Assembly (NCBI GenBank): GCA_037443185.1
Contig: JBBIOV010000005.1
Span: forward strand, 1 to 36,458
Length of the DNA stretch: 36,458 nt
Origin: a bacterium
GTDB lineage: Bacteria; Patescibacteriota; Minisyncoccia; 2-01-FULL-47-10; JBBIMT01
Direction: 5' to 3'
In this document: piece after piece, positions 7,978 to 15,722 of the stretch
Layout: each line of letters opens with the position of its first letter
Numbering within the stretch: position 1 is the first letter of the stretch
The notes under the pieces: generated by a model
What the model saw: the letters and a program-made list of their open reading frames with translations, nothing else
Database searches by the model: none
What the model was told of the DNA's origin: nothing
Translations under genes and position numbers: made by a program

Positions 7978-8835
7978 ATGATGACAAAACCTATAATTGT
8001 AACTCATAAAAAACCTCATTTAGATGAAATTTGCGCTATTTGGCTTTTAAAAAAATTTCATCCTGATTTTAAGGAATTTGACTTAAAATTTATTTCTGCT
8101 GGAGGAAATACTTTAGATGATAAACCTGTTAATTCTAATCCGCAAATTATCCATATAGGCGTAGGAAAGGGGAAATTTGATGAACACAGTGGTAAATATG
8201 GCGATAAATCTCATTCATCAGCCTCCTTGGTTTGGAACTTTATTATCAAAGAAGGCAAACCACCTCAAAAATCGGATCAACTGGCAGCAGTTCATCGTCT
8301 TGTGCGATATGTTGTTTTAGAAGATACTGGACAGCTTTCAATGTTAGATTCTGATATTCGTGATTTTTCTTTGAGTGGCATTTTTCAAGGCGCGAGAAAT
8401 TACTGCTGTAATGATGATGAGAAACTTGTTTTATGGGGCATTGAAATTTTAGATATACTTTTTATGAGTTTAATTATCAAAGAAAGATTAAGGCTTGATT
8501 GGGAGAATTTAAGAGTTGATTTTGAAACTAAATGGGGTAGGGCGTCAGCTTTAGAAACTCGGTATAAGGGCGTTGATAATTTAGCCTACTCAAAAGGATA
8601 TGTTTTAGTGGCGATTAAAAATCCGCTTAAAAATTACATTGCAATTTTAGCGCGAGCCGATAGTAATGTGGATTTAACTGAAATTTATAAAAAACTTCAA
8701 CAGATAGATAAAAACGCTGATTGGTTTTTACATCATTCAAAGAAAATGCTTTTATGTGGTGGCGATATTGCTCCTGAAGGCACGAAGTTATCCAGTTTGA
8801 GTTTAAAAGAAATCATAGATATATTGAAATGTTAA
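7978..8835 (+). CDS. MYG1/DHH-like phosphoesterase (putative nuclease)
   Basis: IVTH...HLDEICAIWLL and IGVG.GKFDEH resemble the MYG1 motifs TH.G.FH.DE and DVG...FDHH. Confidence 0.6.
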   Translation: MMTKPIIVTHKKPHLDEICAIWLLKKFHPDFKEFDLKFISAGGNTLDDKPVNSNPQIIHIGVGKGKFDEHSGKYGDKSHSSASLVWNFIIKEGKPPQKSDQLAAVHRLVRYVVLEDTGQLSMLDSDIRDFSLSGIFQGARNYCCNDDEKLVLWGIEILDILFMSLIIKERLRLDWENLRVDFETKWGRASALETRYKGVDNLAYSKGYVLVAIKNPLKNYIAILARADSNVDLTEIYKKLQQIDKNADWFLHHSKKMLLCGGDIAPEGTKLSSLSLKEIIDILKC

Positions 8836-8952
8836 GATTATTAAAAATCTTTGCCTGGGACACTCTTTTATCAAGAACTCATAAGACTGAGCTTTAAAAA
8901 TCAAAGAAGCTTTTAAAGATATTAAATAATATTAGATTATAAATTTTTTTAT

Positions 8953-10425
8953 ATGAAAATAAAAATCCCTGAAAAAATTACCGAAGTTGTTAATGCTTTA
9001 AAGCAAGCGAATTTTGAAGCTTATTTGGTTGGAGGAGTAGTGAGAGATTTGTTGCGTGGTATGCCTCCTGAGCCACTGGACAATTGGGATTTAACTACCA
9101 ACGCTACTCCGGAGCAAATCCAGAAAATTTTTCCAGAAAGTTTTTATGAGAATAAATTTGGCACTGTAACAGTTGTTGTAAAAAATAAAAATGATAAGAA
9201 TTTATTGATTGAGGCGACTACATATAGAATTGAAGGGAAATATTCTGATAAGAGACGTCCTGATGAGGTGAAATTTGCTAAAACGATTTTTGAAGATTTA
9301 TCTCGGAGAGATTTTACTATTAATGCAATAGCACTTGATATTGACAATCAGGGTAAAGTAAAAAAAATTATCGACCCTCATAATGGTCAGGTAGATATAA
9401 AAAATAAGATAATTAGAACAGTTGGAGAACCCATTGAAAGATTTAATGAAGATGCTTTAAGGCTTTTGCGCGCGGTAAGATTTGCTGTGGTTTTAAATTT
9501 TAAAATTGAAAAAAAAACTTTTGAAGCAATTAAAAAAGCTGCTTTTAATTTAACAAAGATATCAGCTGAAAGGATTCGCGATGATTTTATAAAAATCATC
9601 ATGTCTCCAAGAGCCGCGGAAGGTATTTTTCTTTTGGAAGATACTGGTCTTTTAGAGTATATTATACCTGAATTGCGCGAGGGTATAAATTGTATCCAAA
9701 GCCCTCCACATCGATACGATGTGTTTAAACATTCGGTTTTAGCTTTAAAGAAAGCATCAGAGATGGAAAACGCGACTTTAGTAGTTAGATTAGCGGCTCT
9801 TTTACACGATATTGGGAAACCAAGAACCAAAAAAGTAACTCCTGAAAGAATTACTTTTTATGGTCATCAAGTTATTGGAGCGGAAATGGCGCGAGATATT
9901 TTAAGACGCTTAAAATTTTCTAATGAAGTCATTGAAGGGGTTTATAAAATTATCATTAATCATATGTTTTTTTACGATGTTGGTAAAGTTACTGAATCAG
10001 CTGTGAGAAGATTAATAATGAAAATGGGCGGGTTATCTCGAATGAAAGATTTAGTGGCAGTGAGGATTGCCGATAGAAAAGCAACGCCAGTTCCTAAAGA
10101 AAAACCATATAAACTGCGTCATTTTGAATATATGATAGAAAAAGTTTCAGCTGATCCAATTCATGTTACTCAACTTGATATTAATGGTAATGAAATTATG
10201 GATTTGTTAAAAATTCAACCAGGACCTCGCGTTGGGTTAATTCTTAATGCTTTACTTGCCGAAATTTTAGATAACCCTCAAAACAATAAAAAAGAAATTT
10301 TAAAACGACGCGCTATTGAACTCCATCAACTTTCAGATGAACAGTTAAAACAAAGAAGATACCGTATTGATAGAGAAATTTATGAACGCGATCAGCATTT
10401 TAAAGAAAAACACTGGATAAAGTAG
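8953..10425 (+). CDS. cca: CCA tRNA nucleotidyltransferase (class II) with HD domain
   Basis: YLVGGVVRD, RRDFTINA, EDALRLLRAVRF, SAERIRD, LLHDIGKP, FYGH. Confidence 0.9.
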   Translation: MKIKIPEKITEVVNALKQANFEAYLVGGVVRDLLRGMPPEPLDNWDLTTNATPEQIQKIFPESFYENKFGTVTVVVKNKNDKNLLIEATTYRIEGKYSDKRRPDEVKFAKTIFEDLSRRDFTINAIALDIDNQGKVKKIIDPHNGQVDIKNKIIRTVGEPIERFNEDALRLLRAVRFAVVLNFKIEKKTFEAIKKAAFNLTKISAERIRDDFIKIIMSPRAAEGIFLLEDTGLLEYIIPELREGINCIQSPPHRYDVFKHSVLALKKASEMENATLVVRLAALLHDIGKPRTKKVTPERITFYGHQVIGAEMARDILRRLKFSNEVIEGVYKIIINHMFFYDVGKVTESAVRRLIMKMGGLSRMKDLVAVRIADRKATPVPKEKPYKLRHFEYMIEKVSADPIHVTQLDINGNEIMDLLKIQPGPRVGLILNALLAEILDNPQNNKKEILKRRAIELHQLSDEQLKQRRYRIDREIYERDQHFKEKHWIK

Positions 10426-10604
10426 CGCTGGTTAAAATAAATAATAACTTGAAAGATTGGCTTTTTATAATAGGCTTGATTTTAAGAAATATTTTTGGTT
10501 TTGTAAAAGCTTTAAATAAAACATTGAATTTTTTTAAAAATATGGTAAATTATCCTACATTGTTTATTCAATTTTTTATCTGATGATATTGTTTTATTGA
10601 TCGG

Positions 10605-10633
10605 TAGACATTTTCAAAAAATTGAGATAAAAT
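10605..10633 (+). promoter_or_regulatory. sigma70-type promoter of rpsO-NYN-pnp
   Basis: TAGACA (10605-10610) - 17 nt - TAAAAT (10628-10633). Confidence 0.5.
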
Positions 10634-10720
10634 ATAATTAGTTATTTAGATTATCTAAATGCTATAAAGCAAAATAGCCAAAAACATATTTTTAATAATT
10701 TTGATATTTTTATCTGATAT

Positions 10721-10987
10721 ATGATTAAACCAGAAACAAAGAAAAAGATAATAGAAAAATTTAAACTTCACGAAAAAGATACCGGTTCAGCGGCGGTGCA
10801 GGTAGCGCTTTTTTCTGAACAGATAAAAAATCTAACCCAACATTTAAAAGAACATCCTAAAGATAACTCTTCAAGAAGAGGGCTTTTGAAAATTGTCTCT
10901 AAGCGACAACGACTTTTAAATTATATTCAAACTACTAATCCAAAGTTTTATTCTTCTTTATTAAAAAAACTCGGGTTAAGAAAATGA
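10721..10987 (+). CDS. rpsO: 30S ribosomal protein S15
   Basis: [45 protein letters not shown]. Confidence 0.97.
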   Translation: MIKPETKKKIIEKFKLHEKDTGSAAVQVALFSEQIKNLTQHLKEHPKDNSSRRGLLKIVSKRQRLLNYIQTTNPKFYSSLLKKLGLRK

Positions 10988-11550
10988 TGAAATATTCCGA
11001 TCAGAGAATTGGTGTTTTTATAGATGTGCCTAATTTATATCATTCGGCAAAACATTTATTTCAAGCCAAAGTAAATTTTAAAAAATTAGTTGAATTTTTA
11101 ATCGGTAATCGTCGGTTGATTCGAGCTATCGCTTATGATATTGATACTCAGCAAGAAGATAAAGAAGCCTTTTTAAATGCTCTTCAAAACGCCGGAATTG
11201 AAGTCAAATCAAAGCCTCTTCAGACTTATCCGGGGGGAATGAAAAAAGGCGACTGGGATGTGGGTATTACTGTTGATGCTATAAAATTATCAAAAAAATT
11301 AGATGCAGTTATACTTTGTACTGGCGATGGGGATTATGTCCCTCTTATCAAATATCTTCGAGAAAATTCAGGTTGTTTAGTGGAAATTGCTGGATTTCGA
11401 GCCAGCTCTTCATCAGCTTTAATAAATGAAGCTGATTATTTTTTTGATATTTCCCAGTATGAAAAAAAGTTTTTGATTTTCCCTAAGAAAAAAATAAAAA
11501 AAAGCTCTTTAGTTCAGCCTTCTAAAGAGGAGATAATTTTTGGAATTTAA
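10984..11550 (+). CDS. NYN-domain (LabA/DUF88, PIN-like) protein
   Basis: [36 protein letters not shown]; ATGA overlap with the rpsO stop. Confidence 0.9.
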   Translation: MMKYSDQRIGVFIDVPNLYHSAKHLFQAKVNFKKLVEFLIGNRRLIRAIAYDIDTQQEDKEAFLNALQNAGIEVKSKPLQTYPGGMKKGDWDVGITVDAIKLSKKLDAVILCTGDGDYVPLIKYLRENSGCLVEIAGFRASSSSALINEADYFFDISQYEKKFLIFPKKKIKKSSLVQPSKEEIIFGI

Positions 11551-11599
11551 ATTTACAATCATCTGTTTACAAGTGTTATGAATTATTTTTGTAAATGCA

Positions 11600-13690
11600 A
11601 TGAATCGTCGTTTTAGTTTAAATTTTGCTGGTCGAGAATTGATTTTAGAGATAAAAGCTTATGCGTCTCAAGCCAATGGTTCGGTTTTGGTAACTTGCGG
11701 CGAGACTGTTGTTTTAGTTACGGCTACGATGTCTAACACAGTGCGGGAAGGAATAGATTATTTTCCTTTACTTGTTGATTATGATGAAAAATTTTATGCT
11801 GCCGGACGAATCAAAGGGTCACGTTTTGTCAAAAGAGAAGGCAAACCATCAGATGAAGCAATATTATCAGCTAGAATGATAGATCGAACCATAAGACCAA
11901 GATTTAATCAAAATATAAGAAACGATGTTCAAATTATCGCTACAATTTTATCTTTTGACAAAGAAAACGATCCAGACATTTTAGCTTTATTAGGAGCTTC
12001 TGTGGCTCTTTGTATTTCTGATATTCCCTTTAATGGTCCTGTGGCTGGGGTTAAAATTGGTAAGATTAATGGCAGATTAATTATTAATCCTACTTACGAT
12101 GAAATGTCTCGCAGTGAGCTTGATTTAATTGTGGCTGGTGATGGGAATTTAATAACAATGATTGAATGCGGCGCAAAAGAAATCTCTGAAAAAGAAATAG
12201 TCAAAGCAATAGATTTTGGCTCTAAGTTTCTTAAAATGTTGATTGATTTTCAAAATGAAATTATAAAAGAATACAAACCTACTAAAAGAGAAACTCCAGA
12301 GCATATTTTTAACGAAGAACTCCAAAAGTTTGTTGCTAATTTTATTTATCAAAATATCGATAAATATCTTTATAAACCAGAATTTAATGTTTCAGCCAAA
12401 TTAGAATCTATAAAATTTAGACGCGAGTTCGAAGATTTTATTAAGAAACAATCCAGTGATTTTTCATTATCTGAAGCGATGGAAATTTTTGAAATTAAAA
12501 CCGCAGAAGTATTTTTTAAAAATATCATTGAAAAAGAAAGAAGACCGGATGGCAGAAAATTAAATGAAATTAGGCCTCTTAAAGTTCAGGCAGGAGTTTT
12601 ACCCAGACCTCATGGTTCGGCGTATTTTGAAAGAGGCTTAACTCAAGCTTTATCTGTTTTAACTTTAGGCGCTCCGGGGGAGGAACTTTATATTGAAGGA
12701 ATGGAAGTTGTTGGTAAAAGTCGTTTTATGCATCATTATAATTTTCCGCCATTTGCGCCCGGTGAAGTAGCGCCACTTAGGGGACCAGGCAGAAGAGAAA
12801 TTGGACATGGCGCTTTAGTGGAAAAGGCTTTAAAACAATTGCTGCCATCTGAGAAAGAATTTCCTTATACTATTAGAATAGTTACTGAAATATTATCTTC
12901 AAACGGCTCAACTTCTATGGCATCAGTTTGCGCGTCATCACTGGCTTTAATGGATGCTGGAGTGCCAATAAAACGCAATGTTGCAGGAATTGCGATAGGG
13001 CTCGTTTATCAAGATGAAAACAATTATAAAATATTAACCGATATTCAAGGGCCTGAAGATCATTATGGTCATATGGATTTTAAAGTGGCTGGCACCGAAA
13101 TCGGTATTACCGCTATTCAACTTGATGTCAAACTTCAGGGAGTGCCGCTTAAGATTTTATCTGAAGCTTTAGAACAAGGTAAAGAAGCTCGAAGTAAAAT
13201 ATTATCAGTAATGAATTCTGTTTTAGGTCAGCCAAGAGCAGAACTTTCTAAATACGCTCCAAGGGTTTTGACAATTCAAATAGACCCCCAAAAAATTCGC
13301 AAAATTATTGGTTCTGGCGGGGAAAATATAAGAGAAATTATTAATCAAACAGGCGCAAAAATTGACATAGAAGATTCAGGGCTTCTTTATATCACAACAG
13401 ATAATCAAGAAAGTGCTCAAAAAGCAAAAAATATGATAGAATTAATAATAAAGATGCCAGAAGTAGGTCAAATTTTAAAAGGGAAAATAGTTGGCATTAC
13501 TGATTTTGGTGCCTTTTTAGAATATGCTCCTGGCAAACAAGGATTAATTCATATATCTGAACTTGCTAATAAGTTTGTCAAAAATGTTCATGATATAGTT
13601 AAAATAGGTCAAGACCTCGAAGTTAAAGTAATTGGAGTAGATGAAGAATCCGGGAAAGTTCAACTTTCCTTAAAAAGACTTAATAAATAA
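11600..13690 (+). CDS. pnp: polyribonucleotide nucleotidyltransferase (PNPase)
   Basis: DYFPLLVDY, RMIDRTIRP, HYNFPPF, RREIGHGAL, SSNGSTSMAS, MDFKVAG; KH and S1 domains. Confidence 0.98.
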   Translation: MNRRFSLNFAGRELILEIKAYASQANGSVLVTCGETVVLVTATMSNTVREGIDYFPLLVDYDEKFYAAGRIKGSRFVKREGKPSDEAILSARMIDRTIRPRFNQNIRNDVQIIATILSFDKENDPDILALLGASVALCISDIPFNGPVAGVKIGKINGRLIINPTYDEMSRSELDLIVAGDGNLITMIECGAKEISEKEIVKAIDFGSKFLKMLIDFQNEIIKEYKPTKRETPEHIFNEELQKFVANFIYQNIDKYLYKPEFNVSAKLESIKFRREFEDFIKKQSSDFSLSEAMEIFEIKTAEVFFKNIIEKERRPDGRKLNEIRPLKVQAGVLPRPHGSAYFERGLTQALSVLTLGAPGEELYIEGMEVVGKSRFMHHYNFPPFAPGEVAPLRGPGRREIGHGALVEKALKQLLPSEKEFPYTIRIVTEILSSNGSTSMASVCASSLALMDAGVPIKRNVAGIAIGLVYQDENNYKILTDIQGPEDHYGHMDFKVAGTEIGITAIQLDVKLQGVPLKILSEALEQGKEARSKILSVMNSVLGQPRAELSKYAPRVLTIQIDPQKIRKIIGSGGENIREIINQTGAKIDIEDSGLLYITTDNQESAQKAKNMIELIIKMPEVGQILKGKIVGITDFGAFLEYAPGKQGLIHISELANKFVKNVHDIVKIGQDLEVKVIGVDEESGKVQLSLKRLNK

Positions 13691-13699
13691 AATATTAAA

Positions 13700-14815
13700 A
13701 TGGTATATTCTGATTTTTCAAAAAAAGCAAGTAGTGGTAATCAGGAACAATTTGAAATTGTTACAATGACTGATGAATTGGAAAGAGAAAAAGCAAAAGC
13801 AAAAGCGGTTTTACAAAATCCTAAAAAACCACAAAAAGCTTCAGAAATCACACAAAGAGCCGGCGCTTTTGCGCTTGAACAAGAACAAACTTATATCTTT
13901 GAACATCAAGATAAACACCCTGTTTTAATCGTAATGCTTTTTCTTACGATTTTAGGTAGTGTAATTTCGATGGCTTTATCTTGGTGGTATATTATTTATC
14001 CAGCTACGCAATTGCCTGCTCAAAATGTTAGTCTTATGCCGTTTCAGCAAAATAATGAAAATGAACTTCATTTAAGCCAAGATTTAAATCAAGAGGCTTT
14101 TATCTTATCTCCTAAACCTAAAGAAAAAGAAAACCCTGAAGCGATAGTGAATAAATTTTTTATGGAGCAGAAGTATTTAATAAATATTATAGAAAATGAT
14201 GATGTGCTGGCTTTTTTAAAAAATTTTTCACCGCAATTTAATGAAACCGATAAGAATATTTTTATAAGGCTTTTTTTGACCATAGAGGGGAAGGTACCTT
14301 CTATTAGTGAGTTACTTAAAAGATTGAATATTAATTTAAATCCTAAAATTATTAGTAAGTTTAATCAGAAATTTTATAATTTATTCGTTTATATTGATAC
14401 AAAGGGTATGCCCGCATATGGAGCGGTTTTAGAAATAGAAAAAAAAGAAGAAAGCGATATTGATTTAATAAATAGTCTTAAAGAATCAGAAAATCAATTT
14501 ATTCAAAAAATTGAAAATATTCTGGGGGTAACAGTTTCGGATTTCGCCACTGAAACTCCTTTATTTAAGGACGCAAACTATAAAAATGTAGGAATTCGCT
14601 ACTATAATTTCAAAGATTTATACCTTTCTTTAGATTATGCAATAATAGATAAATCCAATTTACTAATTTTTACAACCTCAAAGGATAGTATGTTCGCAGC
14701 AATTGATAGAATTATTAATATGGATTCAGCTTTTGAAAGTTATCCACAGGATAATACATTGACTTCGGAAAATGAAAATGCTATAATTAATAATGATCAG
14801 GATTTTTCAGAATAA
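13700..14815 (+). CDS. hypothetical single-pass membrane protein
   Basis: 371-aa ORF starting 9 nt after pnp; one hydrophobic segment (VLIVMLFLTILGSVISMALSWWYII). Confidence 0.8.
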   Translation: MVYSDFSKKASSGNQEQFEIVTMTDELEREKAKAKAVLQNPKKPQKASEITQRAGAFALEQEQTYIFEHQDKHPVLIVMLFLTILGSVISMALSWWYIIYPATQLPAQNVSLMPFQQNNENELHLSQDLNQEAFILSPKPKEKENPEAIVNKFFMEQKYLINIIENDDVLAFLKNFSPQFNETDKNIFIRLFLTIEGKVPSISELLKRLNINLNPKIISKFNQKFYNLFVYIDTKGMPAYGAVLEIEKKEESDIDLINSLKESENQFIQKIENILGVTVSDFATETPLFKDANYKNVGIRYYNFKDLYLSLDYAIIDKSNLLIFTTSKDSMFAAIDRIINMDSAFESYPQDNTLTSENENAIINNDQDFSE

Positions 14816-14845
14816 TTTTTCAAAAAAATGAAAAAGTCCTGATCA
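14794..14845. terminator. long inverted repeat spanning the stop codon of the 371-aa ORF
   Basis: TGATCAGGA-TTTTTCA (14794-14809) pairs with TGAAAAA-G-TCCTGATCA (14829-14845). Confidence 0.5.
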
Positions 14846-15010
14846 CAGTTCTTTGGAAAGAGTTCTTTTATATTTTCATACTTTTGGTTCGTTGTCTACT
14901 CTTTGCCAAGATTTTTCCTTTTTAATTGCCGCGCTATAATGCGCTTTGGCAATCTTAATGCCTCATTTTTTGAGGTATCTGGAAAATATCTTAGGGAAGA
15001 GCGGATAACA

Positions 15011-15140
15011 AAAAACCAAAAGACTTGCGCGGGGCGTTTACCCATTTAAAGGATTAGCTTTTTGGGTCTTAAAACGCCCCGCACCAAACTGTATACAAAA
15101 TGTAGATACGGCTTTTTTGGTTTTAGCCGTTTTTATTTTT
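15011..15140 (+). ncRNA. candidate structured RNA: GC-rich hairpin ending in ACCA, followed by a terminator
   Basis: GCGGGGCGTTT/AAACGCCCCGC 11-bp stem with inner ACCCA/TGGGT; downstream ACGGCT/AGCCGT hairpin plus T-tract. Confidence 0.4.
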
Positions 15141-15253
15141 TAAAAATTTATTTTTTTATTTTGAGTAAATTTCAAAAATGATAAGAATATTTAAGATACT
15201 TGTTTTTTTTAAATAATATGTTAAAATGCGCTCAATAAAAATATTTTTTATGA

Positions 15254-15286
15254 TCTTGTTATCTTTTTCAGTTAACAAGACTTTTT
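15254..15286 (+). terminator. terminator-like hairpin in the dksA/traR leader
   Basis: TCTTGTTA/TAACAAGA followed by CTTTTT, downstream of TG-T-TAAAAT (15219-15227). Confidence 0.4.
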
Positions 15287-15292
15287 AGATAA

Positions 15293-15658
15293 ATGCATAA
15301 AAACAAACTGGAAAAATTTAAAAAACTTCTTCTTGCAAAAGAAGCAGAACTTGAAAAAGAATTAAATAATTTAGGAACCGAAAACCCAAAATTAAAAGGG
15401 GATTATGAAACAAAATACCCCAATTATGGAAGTTCTTTGGAGGATAGCGCTTTAGAGTTTGAAAGTTATATTGAAACATTGCCAGTTGAATATCGGTTAG
15501 AAAAAAGATTACAAGAAGTTAAAGAGGCGCTTTTAAATATAGAAAAAGGAAAATATGGGATTTGTATTGAATGTGGTCGGCCAATTCCAGAAAAAAGATT
15601 AGAGATAGTTCCAGAGGCGAAATTTTGCGTTAAATGTTTGAAAAAACAAAAAAAATAA
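15293..15658 (+). CDS. TraR/DksA-family C4 zinc-finger protein
   Basis: Coiled coil followed by GKYGICIECGRPIPEKRLEIVPEAKFCVKC. Confidence 0.92.
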   Translation: MHKNKLEKFKKLLLAKEAELEKELNNLGTENPKLKGDYETKYPNYGSSLEDSALEFESYIETLPVEYRLEKRLQEVKEALLNIEKGKYGICIECGRPIPEKRLEIVPEAKFCVKCLKKQKK

Positions 15659-15722
15659 TAATTTTGTTATAGTAAAATTATCGTAAGGAGCTTTGAGGGG
15701 TAGGCAAAACTCTTAGCTTCTA

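Noticed and set aside
10985-10987. Recoded TGA (genetic code 25/4)
   Set aside because: TGA ends rpsO, trpS, gpmI and pyrH at their expected C-termini, and no conserved gene is interrupted by TGA
14740-14748. Perfect DnaA box TTATCCACA as a sign of oriC
   Set aside because: Single exact copy noticed, inside a CDS, with only a degenerate second box near 15000; no dnaA or dnaN in the window
15029-15086. Canonical tRNA or tmRNA
   Set aside because: No T-loop or D-arm and only 58 nt; kept only as a minihelix-like finding
14830-15115. RNase P RNA (AAAGTCC ... CGGCTT resemblance)
   Set aside because: The P4 strands do not pair (AAGTCCTGA versus TACGGCTT), and the GAGGAAAGTCC and internal conserved motifs are missing
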